64,000 bases of DNA, taken from Candidatus Heimdallarchaeum aukensis (GTDB taxonomy: Archaea > Asgardarchaeota > Heimdallarchaeia > Heimdallarchaeales > Heimdallarchaeaceae). The translations under genes and the position numbers were made by a program. The stretch's first letter is position 1. Each line of letters starts with the position of its first letter. The stretch spans positions 2,880,001 through 2,944,000 of the forward strand of contig CP084166.1 of assembly GCA_021513695.1 (NCBI GenBank). Reading direction: 5' to 3'. Below the pieces are notes generated by a model. The model was given only the letters and a program-made list of their open reading frames with translations, ran no database searches and was not told the DNA's origin. Below, one piece after another: positions 1 through 10,171 of this stretch.

Positions 1-2169
1 TAAATCTTCTAAAGAAAAGTCTGCTTCTCCAGTATGAACAAATTTGAGAATTGCTTCAGCTAATTCTTTGCCAAAACGAGGAAGTTTAACTAAATTTTCA
101 ACTTTTGCTTTTCTTAAATCTTCTAAAGACTTGTATCCATTATCATATAATGCTCGAGCACGTACTCTTCCTATGCCTGGAATCTGTGTAAGATCAAGTA
201 ATTCTTCTTTTATTCCTACTTTTATCCTTGAATGAAGTCTCTTTATTTTTGTAGCTATTTCAGAATAACCTAGTAGTTCAGCTAATTCTCCTCCAGAATA
301 GAGTATCCATTCTGCGTTTGAAATTATATTGTAAATATCACCACTTCCAATTCCATATCTGCTGAGTATTGTGTCTTCTGGAACTTCATTAATCCAATCT
401 CTAATAACCAAAGCTGTCTTTAATTGGCTCAAAAAAATATCTATTTCAGCGTAACTTGAAGGGAGTTCTGTCAAAATCTCATCTTCATGTTCAGTAACAA
501 AATTCATCAGAGGAGTTTGATCAGGTTTTCTATAAGTGATAAATCTCACATCAGGGGTAGAACAAATAAGATGAAGAATAGATATTTCTGTCACTAACTC
601 TTTGGGCATTCTATTTGCTCTTTCTAGTCCAGAACGAATAATTACTGCACTTCTGGGGTCAATATATAATTCACTTACTCTTTTTCCGAATCTAGTGGGC
701 AGTAAGACTTCAGGATTATTCTTAACTAATCCTTCTTCCTTAAAAAAGTCTATTACAGATTTAATTAGAGATGATAGATTTACAGGATTTTCTTTATAGC
801 CATAGAAAGTTTCACTAATGAAATCAAACAATTCTTCCATAGTTCTTGTGTTTTCAGTTGCTATTTGACCTAAAGTTATACGACGTAAAGCAGGTTCAGA
901 AGCTAATCGCGATTCTATGTCTTCAGTATCTGCAATAATATATCGAGAATAGAGGTCCTGGGCTTCATCTTCATTTCTGGCTACGACGATAGCATCTCCT
1001 TCTTTGTCATATTGAGGACGTCCTGCTCTTCCTGATTGCTGTTTAAACTCAAGAACAGGAATAGGATGACTCCCTAAACTGGTGCTATATCTGTAAATAC
1101 TTTTGATTATCACAAATCGTGCTGGTAAATTTATTCCTGCAGCGAGTGTAGGAGTTGAAGTAAGTATCTTTATATTTCCTTTTTTAAACTCTATTTCTAT
1201 TATCCTTCTTTGAATAGGACTTAAACCTGCATGATGAAAAGCAACACCAGATTGAACAAGTTTGGCGATTTGTTCTGCTTGTTTTGTCCCAGAACTCTGT
1301 TTAACTATTCTTGCTGCAGCTAAAGATAAACTTTCTTTCTCTTTTTGTGTTAGAATTTTGCTTACTTTAGAAGAAACTTTTTTTGCTGTAGTCTCTGCTG
1401 TTTTTCTTGTAGTAAGAAATACAAGTGTTTGATATTTTTTCTTTAGAACATAATCAAGTAAATTAAGAAAAGAGTCTTTGTAAGTTAATGGGATGGAGAC
1501 ATTTTTCAACCCCTTGTAAATAATAGTATTTCCATAGATAACTCCCTCGTGCAACTCTACAGGTCTCCAAGTACTAGATACAAGATTTGCTTCTAACCAT
1601 CTGGATAGCTCATCAGCATTACGAATCGTGGCGCTAAGAGCAATTACTTGTACTTCAGGGTTCTTTTTTAACTGTGCTAAAACAACTTCTAATGTAGGCC
1701 CTCTGTTCATACTGTTGATTAAATGAACTTCATCAGAAATGACTAAACCAACTTTTGATAGCCATTTGCTTTTATGTCTCAGGGCTGAATCTATTTTTTC
1801 GTTAGTTGCAACTATTATGTCTGCATACATGGCTCGATTATCTTCAATGTCATAGTCACCAGTGAGTAAAATAGTTCTTTTTTTTAATTTAGAAAAGAAC
1901 TTTTTGAATTCGAGATATTTTTCATAAGCTAGGGCTCGTAAAGGAGCAAGGTAAAGGACTTTGTAAGAAGTTTCCTCTACTTTTTTTACTGCAGCTAGGA
2001 GAGCTAAAAGAGTTTTTCCAGAAGCAGTAGGTATTGCTATAACAAGATTATCCCCATCTAACAATCCTTTTTTTACTGCTTCAGTCTGAGGAGGATAAAG
2101 TGAACTTATTCCTTGTTTTTCTAGTTCTTCAATAATTTCTTTAGGAATAGGCAATTCAGCAATCTTCAT
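1..2169 (-). CDS. hel308: Hel308/Hjm (Ski2-like) DNA helicase. The N-terminus is at 2169 and the C-terminus runs past the window start.
   Basis: Not in the ORF track because no stop lies in the window. My own reverse-complement translation from ATG at 2167-2169 gives MKIAELPIPKEIIEELEKQGISSLYPPQTEA followed by Walker A AIPTASGKTLLA, a DEVH box, SAT, HHAGL, QQSGRAGRP (motif VI) and a C-terminal helix-hairpin-helix-like region. This is the canonical Hel308 motif order. About 723 codons are inside the window. Confidence 0.8.
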   Translation of the reverse strand, partial: MKIAELPIPKEIIEELEKQGISSLYPPQTEAVKKGLLDGDNLVIAIPTASGKTLLALLAAVKKVEETSYKVLYLAPLRALAYEKYLEFKKFFSKLKKRTILLTGDYDIEDNRAMYADIIVATNEKIDSALRHKSKWLSKVGLVISDEVHLINSMNRGPTLEVVLAQLKKNPEVQVIALSATIRNADELSRWLEANLVSSTWRPVELHEGVIYGNTIIYKGLKNVSIPLTYKDSFLNLLDYVLKKKYQTLVFLTTRKTAETTAKKVSSKVSKILTQKEKESLSLAAARIVKQSSGTKQAEQIAKLVQSGVAFHHAGLSPIQRRIIEIEFKKGNIKILTSTPTLAAGINLPARFVIIKSIYRYSTSLGSHPIPVLEFKQQSGRAGRPQYDKEGDAIVVARNEDEAQDLYSRYIIADTEDIESRLASEPALRRITLGQIATENTRTMEELFDFISETFYGYKENPVNLSSLIKSVIDFFKEEGLVKNNPEVLLPTRFGKRVSELYIDPRSAVIIRSGLERANRMPKELVTEISILHLICSTPDVRFITYRKPDQTPLMNFVTEHEDEILTELPSSYAEIDIFLSQLKTALVIRDWINEVPEDTILSRYGIGSGDIYNIISNAEWILYSGGELAELLGYSEIATKIKRLHSRIKVGIKEELLDLTQIPGIGRVRARALYDNGYKSLEDLRKAKVENLVKLPRFGKELAEAILKFVHTGEADFSLEDL

Positions 2170-2236
2170 TTGGAACCCAAGCTATCTTTAACGACTCTAA
2201 TTATCATTCTAAATAATTCTTTCTAATAGTCCTCTT

Positions 2237-5200
2237 TCACGCCATGCGTATTATCCCCTCACGAGGAGAATAGAGTTCACCATTTTCTCTTAATTGTCTA
2301 ATTACTTTGTCTACAAAATCTCCGTCTATTGAGTACTCTTTTTCAGCAATTTGTTTAACTTTGTTAATAGAAACCTCATTGGAAAAACCTTTCTTCGTTT
2401 CTTCTTTTATAATATCGATAACTTTTTGGAGATTACTTCGTTCACTTCTTGATGTTCCTTGTAAAAAGTAATCTACATCTACTTTTCCAGTTACTGGGTC
2501 TCGTCCTACTTGTTGTAGGGATTCTGTAAGAAGACGAATAGCTGCTTCAGCATGATCAATTGTTACATCTTCTTTTAGAGCCATTCTTGCTTGTGCTTCT
2601 GAAAGACGAATAATGGCTTCTAAATACCTGGGTGTAATAGCAATAGATTTTTTGTCTGATTGTTTTCTGAGATCAAGATAGAATTTTTCTATTCTACGCA
2701 TAGCTTCATCAGTTAATGAAGGTTCAATGTTTTGTTTAGCATAACTAATATATTTTCTTAAAAGATCCATAGAAATAGGAGGTTCTGCAGTAGCTGATAT
2801 TTGTCCTCTTCTTAATTCTAAAATATGTCTAGCCATATTAAGGTCGCTGTCTGGTTCTGGAACATCACGCATAATGTAGATAAGATCAAAACGAGAAATA
2901 ATTGTAGCGGGTAGATTAATATTGTCAACTGGGTGAGAGTTTTCCTCATATCTACCAAATTTAGGGTTAGCAGCAGCAATAATAGCTGTTCTTGCATTAA
3001 GCTGAGCAACGATACCCGCCTTGGCTATGCTAACGGTATTGTGAAGTATTAGTCCCCCTGCAATGAAGGTTTTTGTTGGAATTACAGTAACATCATAAAC
3101 CCATTTTGCTTTAAATTTTCCTTTGTTCTCTATTATTTCAACGTTTTTAACTTTAAGCCATTTGAAATTTAGCATACTTTCAATATAGCTTATTTGATTG
3201 TTGACATAATTAATTTCTTCTTTTAGAAATTGCTTGATCTGAGAAAGAAGCGAAGTCCTAACTTGTACGGTGTAGCCCCCATTCTCACAGTAATCTATTG
3301 TTGAACGGGTACTTTTAATTAATCTTGCAATTCCTGCTTGTGAATAACCAACGAATTCTCTCAGTTCACGAACATTATTTATTTCATAGATTTTTTGGTT
3401 AATGATGTTAATTCTTCTTTTTAATTTCTCTAATTCTCGTTCTACAACAAATTTTGCAATACTATTGTTAAATTTAATATTACCATAGAATCTTCCATTA
3501 TATACCATTCCTAGTCTTTTCATGCAATCAATTAAGCTGATTGCTGTTTCGACTGGTAAAACATCTCTTTTTTTGTGGTTTGCTTTAGTTCTGCTAATGA
3601 ATTTTTTTATTTTTGGATTGTCAGAATGGTGTGGAATAATTTTCCTTACAAAATTATCTAGACTTTCTGCTAAAATATAAACTTTATATCTATATTTTGT
3701 TTTTTTACTTTTGGGCGTTGTATACTTACTTTTATGTATTATAGTAAAGATATCTAGACTTAAGAGTAAATCTTGGTAGTCAACTGCAAGCAATTTTGAA
3801 GAAGTTGAAAAACTAACCGCTTCACTTTCTATTGATCCGTCACCATCAAAAGCAGCAGATAAGAAGGCAATCCGACAATCGTTATCTGCTTCAAATATTT
3901 TTTTAGGTATGCGCTTATAAATACTCTTTTTCATTAACTCTGGGAAATTTTTTGCCATAAAATTATACAATGATTTAGATATGATGCGTAAGACACGTCT
4001 TTTTTCAACGTTATCAATTGGTTCAATACCAAAAGTTGACTTAATAATTTCCTTCATTTCTGATACTATTTTTGGATCATAATTACTTAATCCCACTTCC
4101 ATTGATGAACCACTATAAGAATAACCTTCTGAAACGAAAAAGCCTAAAAACTTGGCTAAAGAGGTATTCATTTTTGTTGGTAGTCGAATTTTTTTATTTC
4201 CTAGTGAGATATCAGTATCTAAAGTGCTATTTGTATTAAAAACTAGATTTTTTACAGCTGGTATAAAGGATCCTTTTTTAACATTTTCAGCAGCTATTTC
4301 TCTTATGATCCCTTTGTGAAAAACGAAGATTGGGTGTTCTGGTGTTACAACAATATCTCTACCATTAGAATATGTGATTTTAATAAAATAGTCTGGTGCT
4401 GTATGACGACTGACACGGTCAATAATTATCGGAAAAGTGTCTTTGAAATCAGTTGTTTGAATGTTGATATTTAAATCTGAAATAGGTAAAATCTCACAAT
4501 TAATACCGTTAACTTTGCGTTCCGGATACTTATCAAATAAAGAATCTACTAGTGAACCAATTTGTGTTACAGTTCCATCAGATAATCTAATTTCAAACAT
4601 AGGATGAAAAGAATGCTGTTCCATAGCTTCATGTATAGCTGAACGATCATGTGCAGTCATTTTGTCGAATTCATCAATTGTGGCTAAACCACGATCTGCC
4701 AGTACTAAAGCTCCCGCTTCCAAAGAAAACTCTCCTGTGTCAGGGTCTCTAACTACTGCTGCAGTGTTGTGAGTAATAAACCCATTAACTATAAAATTGT
4801 GCGTTTGTGGGACAGTTAAGTCATAAACATATTCATCTTCTTTTTCGATAAATTCAACTTTAGTTACTTCATCCCAAAATATTTCGCTTGAAAGGAGCGA
4901 TTCTATAAGTTTAATATCTTGCTTCAACTCAGTGTTTGTTTTACAACTTGATTTAATTTCGCTGATGATACTCTCAATTTCTTTTTTATTGCTATTCTTA
5001 AAATCCAAAATTATGTTGTTATTAAAACTAAGGGTTGTGTTATTACAAAGATTGATTTTTTCTATTAATTCACCTAATAGTTGTTCTATGCAAGAAGCTA
5101 CTTTTCCATCTACTAAACTATCCTTTAAGTCTTTAGAATTTCTTTCTTTAGGGTTAATTGTTCCAACTAAATCTCCTTTAATCAAATCTTTAGCTTTTAT

Positions 5201-6637
5201 CCATACTATTCCTCTCTCTGAAAGAGTGAGAAGAGGAGTCTGTTGAGTTAATTTAATTGTCCTACCACTTTTAGATGAAATCTTTACTAATAAACGAGGA
5301 CTTTTGATTTTCCAGAATTTTTCAATTTTAGCAGAATTGATTTTTAAGTTAGAAGAATTTAAAATAGAATTATAATTTGAATCTGTTTCTAGATTATTTT
5401 CAACAAACCAGAAACCTTCTTGGTATTCTTGTGGTTTGTTGTTTTTAAACTCTCTTTCTACAATGTTTACTATTTTTTCAACCTTATTTTCAAAATATAT
5501 TTCACTATCTGCTGCAACACATAGTCCTGCTGCTGAACTTGCTCGCCCTGAAGTAAAAATACCTCGGGGAGCTAATCTGTTTGCAAAATGAAGAAGTTGG
5601 CTTTTTCCTACACCAGGATCACCAACTAATAATAGATTTGATTCTCCTCTCTGTTTCATTCCATCCGGTGTAACTCTGGAAACTCCTCCAAAGAGTACAG
5701 TAGCAATTGCCTCTTTGATGATTTCATGACCGTAGATAGAGGGAGCGATTGAACGAATGATTTTGTTATGAATGTTAATGTCTCTGGAAAGTTCTAGAAT
5801 CTCTTTTTCGGTGTCAGGATCAATTTCTAATTCTTCGAATTCCTTCTGTCTAGATGCAGCAAAATTGACCTCTAACCAAGGATCAAAAGTAGCCAACTGT
5901 TTCTTTTTTTGTTGTAAAGACGGTTTCATTCTAAGAATACCGTTAACAATTGCTCTATCTCCTGCTCTAACAACATCTACTAAATCTCCAACTAAGTATG
6001 CAGGAAGAGAGCGAGGAATTTGACCAGGAGGAAGGTTTTCTGGCTTTTCTTGAATAGTAATTGTCTGGATATCAGTGTAAGATGATTCTTCTGGAAGGAG
6101 CTTGAAAGGACCTTTTTTTCCACAATCGGGGTTACTACACTGGACAGGTTCAGAATAATAACCTAAATCTTGATCCCAGCTCATTATCTCCCCACAACGG
6201 GTACACTGGAAAACTCCTTGAATAAGAAGAGGTTTGACAACAGATTGACGAAGAACAATACCTTCAACCGAAATAAATTTCCCTAAATGAGTAGCTCGAA
6301 CATGACGTAGATCAACTATGTCCGGGATGTTTGCAAATCTTACTTTGAACCATTGTCTATTTTCTTGTGCATAACTCAAATCTTCTATAGAAATGACTTC
6401 AAAAAGTGCTTCATCTGCATCTTGAAACATAGTTTCAGGTTCGTCTCTAATCATCTGTGCAAGTCCAGGGTCATAACGCAAAATGTCATCATAATTGACA
6501 TAGAGAGAAGTTAAGCCCTCTAAAACCATCTTCTGAATTTGTTCAGTGTAAACATATCTACCATTTTCGTCCATGTAACCTTGAAAAAACTCTTTGAATC
6601 GTTCTGAATACCCTTTTGCAGTTGTATCAATATGCAT
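2237..6637 (-). CDS. mcm: Replicative helicase MCM, 1466 aa, interrupted by two inteins. The extein is about 689 aa.
   Basis: N-terminal Zn-finger region CTRCGEIMSWDQ...CSNPDCG. Walker A is GDPGVGKSQLL. The motifs SSAAGL / TAAVVRDPDTGE...EAGALVLADRG...IDEFDKM (Walker B) ... SIAKAGI...NARTAIIAAANP are split by two insertions. A C-terminal winged-helix tail is present. Confidence 0.9.
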   Translation of the reverse strand: MHIDTTAKGYSERFKEFFQGYMDENGRYVYTEQIQKMVLEGLTSLYVNYDDILRYDPGLAQMIRDEPETMFQDADEALFEVISIEDLSYAQENRQWFKVRFANIPDIVDLRHVRATHLGKFISVEGIVLRQSVVKPLLIQGVFQCTRCGEIMSWDQDLGYYSEPVQCSNPDCGKKGPFKLLPEESSYTDIQTITIQEKPENLPPGQIPRSLPAYLVGDLVDVVRAGDRAIVNGILRMKPSLQQKKKQLATFDPWLEVNFAASRQKEFEELEIDPDTEKEILELSRDINIHNKIIRSIAPSIYGHEIIKEAIATVLFGGVSRVTPDGMKQRGESNLLLVGDPGVGKSQLLHFANRLAPRGIFTSGRASSAAGLCVAADSEIYFENKVEKIVNIVEREFKNNKPQEYQEGFWFVENNLETDSNYNSILNSSNLKINSAKIEKFWKIKSPRLLVKISSKSGRTIKLTQQTPLLTLSERGIVWIKAKDLIKGDLVGTINPKERNSKDLKDSLVDGKVASCIEQLLGELIEKINLCNNTTLSFNNNIILDFKNSNKKEIESIISEIKSSCKTNTELKQDIKLIESLLSSEIFWDEVTKVEFIEKEDEYVYDLTVPQTHNFIVNGFITHNTAAVVRDPDTGEFSLEAGALVLADRGLATIDEFDKMTAHDRSAIHEAMEQHSFHPMFEIRLSDGTVTQIGSLVDSLFDKYPERKVNGINCEILPISDLNINIQTTDFKDTFPIIIDRVSRHTAPDYFIKITYSNGRDIVVTPEHPIFVFHKGIIREIAAENVKKGSFIPAVKNLVFNTNSTLDTDISLGNKKIRLPTKMNTSLAKFLGFFVSEGYSYSGSSMEVGLSNYDPKIVSEMKEIIKSTFGIEPIDNVEKRRVLRIISKSLYNFMAKNFPELMKKSIYKRIPKKIFEADNDCRIAFLSAAFDGDGSIESEAVSFSTSSKLLAVDYQDLLLSLDIFTIIHKSKYTTPKSKKTKYRYKVYILAESLDNFVRKIIPHHSDNPKIKKFISRTKANHKKRDVLPVETAISLIDCMKRLGMVYNGRFYGNIKFNNSIAKFVVERELEKLKRRINIINQKIYEINNVRELREFVGYSQAGIARLIKSTRSTIDYCENGGYTVQVRTSLLSQIKQFLKEEINYVNNQISYIESMLNFKWLKVKNVEIIENKGKFKAKWVYDVTVIPTKTFIAGGLILHNTVSIAKAGIVAQLNARTAIIAAANPKFGRYEENSHPVDNINLPATIISRFDLIYIMRDVPEPDSDLNMARHILELRRGQISATAEPPISMDLLRKYISYAKQNIEPSLTDEAMRRIEKFYLDLRKQSDKKSIAITPRYLEAIIRLSEAQARMALKEDVTIDHAEAAIRLLTESLQQVGRDPVTGKVDVDYFLQGTSRSERSNLQKVIDIIKEETKKGFSNEVSINKVKQIAEKEYSIDGDFVDKVIRQLRENGELYSPREGIIRMA
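3038..4612 (-). mobile_element. Intein 2 in MCM (aa 676-1200, 525 aa) with a LAGLIDADG homing endonuclease domain, inserted in the EAMEQ/TVSIAKAG motif.
   Basis: Begins SFHPMFEIRLSDGT after extein EAMEQH and ends GGLILHN followed by TVSIAKAGI. Two LAGLIDADG-type motifs are present, LAKFLGFFVSEGY and IAFLSAAFDGDGSI. Confidence 0.75.
4766..5521 (-). mobile_element. Intein 1 in MCM (aa 373-624, 252 aa), inserted between SSAAGL and TAAVV in the P-loop region.
   Basis: Begins with Cys immediately after the extein sequence GRASSAAGL and ends ...NGFITHN followed by Thr (+1). No convincing LAGLIDADG motifs are seen, so this is a mini-intein or carries a degenerate endonuclease. Confidence 0.75.
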
Positions 6638-6861
6638 TAAGATCCTTCCTTCTATAGAATAGCAATTATTAGATTGATAATAAGTCTTACTTATTAGACT
6701 ATGTCAAAAAATATAACGAGAAATTAATATATAAACTCAAAAATTAAGTAATAAAGAAAATGGTAGGTAAAATAGAAAAATAATGATGAAAATAAAAAAA
6801 ATTAAACCTATTATTGTTCAAGGAAAAAATATAACATAAGGTTTTGAATAATTAAGTAATA

Positions 6862-8193
6862 ATGACATATACTAGCTCTCACATAACTCTGCAAGGTATA
6901 GCATTATGGACTTTTATGCCAGAAAAAATGAAAGATTATTATAAAACTCATAAATGGGATTTATTAGCAATAAACATCGTTGCAGGTTTCCCAGATATAG
7001 ATATTTTCTTTGGAATACATAGAGAATATACTCATGGAATAATAATCCCTACATTGATTCTACTTCTATCTGTTGTGTATTCTCAAATAATGAAGAAAAA
7101 GAACAAATATCAAAGTAAGAATAAAAGAATCACTCGATTTGTTAGTTTATCAATGCTGATGTGGATTGCACATATTCTAATTGATTTAACTTGGGACGCA
7201 ATAATGCTTTTTTGGCCTTTAGATAATCATTTCTATGATCTTAACTTAATATTCAGATTAAATGCCAGTAACTTAATGCTAGTAGGAATAATCCCCCAGT
7301 GGCAAATTTACTCCAAAACTGAAGGACAAAATATGTTTTTCATCAATCTTACACAAGAACAAAGAGCTAGTATATTCGGAAAGTTTCTTGATTTAACATT
7401 TCCACAATTAACAGTTGAAATAGTGTTAGCAATTGTTTGGTTTTATGTTATTATTTTACCAATGATAAAGAAAAAAAGAAAAAGAAGTGCAGATACGGGA
7501 AGGAAGAGTGAAAAAATTGCAATAAGTAACATCTTAAAAAAACAATCAAGGAGACAAATATCAGCTGTAGGGCTCTTGCTTATACTAATTGGATTAATGT
7601 ATGGTCCTTCAGTAGGAAAAATGAATACCTATGAAGGTAGCTTTGCAGTTTACTTGGCAAATACAGATGCAGTATTTGATCCAACACTAGGTTTTTCTTT
7701 AGAAAATGAAAAAGCAAGGAATATTTCTCTCTTAATAAAAACAGAAATAACAAAAGTGAATTATACTGCGGTACTGTTAATTGTAGATAATAATACTTTT
7801 TCTGCATTCTTCAATAATTTTTGGAATATCACAGATTATTATTATAATAATACTCTAGACTATCTATCTTTAGAAAAGCAGTATTATGATTTAGTAGATG
7901 AAACAATAAATAAAAGTGAAATAGTGAAAGAAGGAAAAATAACTGAAAGTATGAATGAGGTTTCTATAACCCTCTATAGCAATATCCAAGATAGCAGTAG
8001 ATTCTATATTTTATACCTTCTAAAAGAATGGACAATAAATAGTTCTTTTATGTACAAGACGACTGTTTCTGTAAATTATGTAACAGAGAGAATAAATCAA
8101 TTCATTGGAGGAATAGTAATTATCTCTTTTGGAGTATTAGTAGTAGTAGTTGACCAGACTGTGAGCTATCTAGATTATAAAAAGAAGAAGTGA
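6862..8193 (+). CDS. Membrane protein with an N-terminal YdjM-like metal-dependent hydrolase domain fused to a large N/Y-rich extracytoplasmic domain.
   Basis: FPDIDIFFGIHREYTHG matches the PDxD...HRxxTH hallmark of the membrane-bound YdjM/DUF457 hydrolase family. There are several TM segments, a KKKRKRS loop, a long Asn/Tyr-rich region and a C-terminal TM. Confidence 0.6.
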   Translation: MTYTSSHITLQGIALWTFMPEKMKDYYKTHKWDLLAINIVAGFPDIDIFFGIHREYTHGIIIPTLILLLSVVYSQIMKKKNKYQSKNKRITRFVSLSMLMWIAHILIDLTWDAIMLFWPLDNHFYDLNLIFRLNASNLMLVGIIPQWQIYSKTEGQNMFFINLTQEQRASIFGKFLDLTFPQLTVEIVLAIVWFYVIILPMIKKKRKRSADTGRKSEKIAISNILKKQSRRQISAVGLLLILIGLMYGPSVGKMNTYEGSFAVYLANTDAVFDPTLGFSLENEKARNISLLIKTEITKVNYTAVLLIVDNNTFSAFFNNFWNITDYYYNNTLDYLSLEKQYYDLVDETINKSEIVKEGKITESMNEVSITLYSNIQDSSRFYILYLLKEWTINSSFMYKTTVSVNYVTERINQFIGGIVIISFGVLVVVVDQTVSYLDYKKKK

Positions 8194-8327
8194 GTAAATT
8201 TAAAAAAAAGAAGCAAAATAGGCTTTATTAGCTCGAAGAAATTAAATCGGTCCAAAAAATTCCAAATTAATTTTTTCTTCTTAATAAGCACAATTTATGG
8301 TAAAAGTTCTATCAATTAAACTTGTAA

Positions 8328-9377
8328 TTATAGATCCCAAAAAGAAGATAAATGTTTTTTAAATATAGCAAGTTGATATCTTGTTGTTTTGAATATTTTC
8401 CAGTTATCTTGATAAGTCAAAATTTTTGGTTTAGTTCCCATTATACCACTCAAAAAACTATTTGTACAAAAACTTAAGCTATTAAGGTCATATCCTCCTT
8501 CTGTAACAGCAATAATTCTCCCTTTTGAATATTTGTCAGCAATTTGAGAAAGTATAAATCCTGCTGCTTGAAAGGCTTCAATTTTTAAGTTAAGCATCCC
8601 TACTGGATCTGTTTCCAAACCATCGAAACCTACAGAAACTAAAACTACTTCTGGTTTAAACTGTTCTAGTATCTTTATTGATTGTTGAAATGTATAAATC
8701 CAATTTTGGGTGTTAATTTTAGGTAAGACTGGACAGTTTACTGTATATCCTGTTCCATCATAAATTCCACTCTCAAAAGGGTATCCCCTTCCTGGATATG
8801 CATAAGCTGGATGAGCATGGATTGAATAATATAAAACATCATTTCGTGAATAAAAGATGTCTGCAGTACCATTACCAAAATGTTGATCAATATCAACAAT
8901 AGCGATTTTACTAAAACCTTTGGATATCAGCGTTTCTGCGGCAATTGCAATGTTATTAAAAAAACAAAATCCTGCAACTGTTGAAGAATTAGTATGATGT
9001 CCTGGAGGTCTTACTATAGCAAAAGCTTTCTCTGTTTCATTATTAGAAACGAGCTCAGCAGCTTGTTTAGATGCCCCTGCAGCATAACATGCAGAAGAAA
9101 AAGTGTGTTTATTCAAAACATTATCCCATGTGATTACTCCTCCACCTTGAAGAGATATGGATTTTATTATATTAATTAGATTTAGATTATGAACCAGCAG
9201 AAGGTCTTCTTCCAAGATTTTCTCTGATTTTACATATTTGCATTTGTAGTTGTTCTTGTCTTTAAACAAATTAAAACCTTGGATGAATTTATCTAACCTT
9301 AGTGGTTTTTCTGGGTGCTGGGGATCCATTACATGCTTTTTCATCTCTTCATTGGAGAGTGTAATTAAATTATACAT
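8328..9377 (-). CDS. Histone deacetylase / acetoin-utilisation AcuC / acetylpolyamine amidohydrolase family enzyme.
   Basis: RPPGHHTNS (catalytic His-His), VDIDQHFGNGT (Zn ligands Asp/His in a variant of DIDxHHGDG), GFDGLETDPVG and TEGGYDLN (catalytic Tyr). Confidence 0.8.
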   Translation of the reverse strand: MYNLITLSNEEMKKHVMDPQHPEKPLRLDKFIQGFNLFKDKNNYKCKYVKSEKILEEDLLLVHNLNLINIIKSISLQGGGVITWDNVLNKHTFSSACYAAGASKQAAELVSNNETEKAFAIVRPPGHHTNSSTVAGFCFFNNIAIAAETLISKGFSKIAIVDIDQHFGNGTADIFYSRNDVLYYSIHAHPAYAYPGRGYPFESGIYDGTGYTVNCPVLPKINTQNWIYTFQQSIKILEQFKPEVVLVSVGFDGLETDPVGMLNLKIEAFQAAGFILSQIADKYSKGRIIAVTEGGYDLNSLSFCTNSFLSGIMGTKPKILTYQDNWKIFKTTRYQLAIFKKHLSSFWDL

Positions 9378-9493
9378 TCAAATAAAAAATGTAGTTTTTA
9401 AGTTAAATATTTTATCTAAAAAATATTCAATTTTTAGCATTTGTAAATCCATAAATTTAAATAAAGAAGAGTTAGAAAAGTCATAAAAGCGCA

Positions 9494-10042
9494 TTGAGTG
9501 ATAAAATGGGTTTCATGTTGGATGTTGGATTGGCTTTTATGTTTGCAAGTCCTATTTTTATTTCTAATGCAATCCCCACAATTTTTGGAGGCGGTTATCC
9601 AGTCGATTTCTATAAAAACTTCATAGATGGAAAGAGAATATTAGGCAATCACAAAACCATTAGAGGGTTGCTCGCGGGGATATTATTCGGTTTTGTAGCT
9701 AGTATAGTTGTTTGGTATACAGTGGGTGACTTATTTCAACAATTATATGGTTCAATGGGTTTGAAATATCCAATCTGGATTGGTTTGGTGATGGGTTGGG
9801 GTTGTAATTTTGGAGACATGTTTGGTTCTTTTATTAAACGTCGCCTAAATATCGCTTCTGGGGGTAAGTTTCCTGTTTTTGACCAAACTGGTTATATGAT
9901 CTTTGGGCTGTTATGGTCTTGGCCAGTGTTTAAGTTTATTCCTTGGCAATTTCTAGTAACATTACTTATTATTTCTCCACTGTTACATATTCTTGCAAAC
10001 CTGCTTGCCTATGCTGTTAAAGCAAAAGACGTATGGTGGTAA
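9494..10042 (+). CDS. carS: CDP-archaeol synthase (CarS, DUF46 family), probable.
   Basis: 182-aa polytopic membrane protein. The GNHKTIRG motif and overall size and hydropathy match archaeal CDP-2,3-di-O-geranylgeranylglycerol synthase. Confidence 0.55.
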   Translation: MSDKMGFMLDVGLAFMFASPIFISNAIPTIFGGGYPVDFYKNFIDGKRILGNHKTIRGLLAGILFGFVASIVVWYTVGDLFQQLYGSMGLKYPIWIGLVMGWGCNFGDMFGSFIKRRLNIASGGKFPVFDQTGYMIFGLLWSWPVFKFIPWQFLVTLLIISPLLHILANLLAYAVKAKDVWW

Positions 10043-10171
10043 AATAATCCTTTTTTCCTAATTAATATATTCTTTTTTACATTTGTTTGAATAATGGTCT
10101 TTCAACCTATTGAGAAAAGATTATAAATATATTCTTTTTTCATAAATTTAGAAAAATATAAGTTGTAAAAG

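Noticed and set aside
44-799. Plus-strand ORFs 44..235 and 602..799
   Set aside because: They lie antisense inside the well-supported Hel308 reading frame, have no motifs and are typical spurious ORFs in AT-rich DNA. The same applies to 2818..3009, 4932..5246 and 5772..6023 inside mcm and to the other short antisense ORFs in the track (for example 7580..7807, 8994..9179, 12399..12596, 14435..14779, 21362..21661, 25103..25375, 26777..26971, 28566..28796, 36598..37127, 40278..41205, 43882..44822, 46993..47178, 47861..48230, 50059..50400, 52816..53049, 57251..57484, 58139..58453, 61216..61610, 62470..62658).
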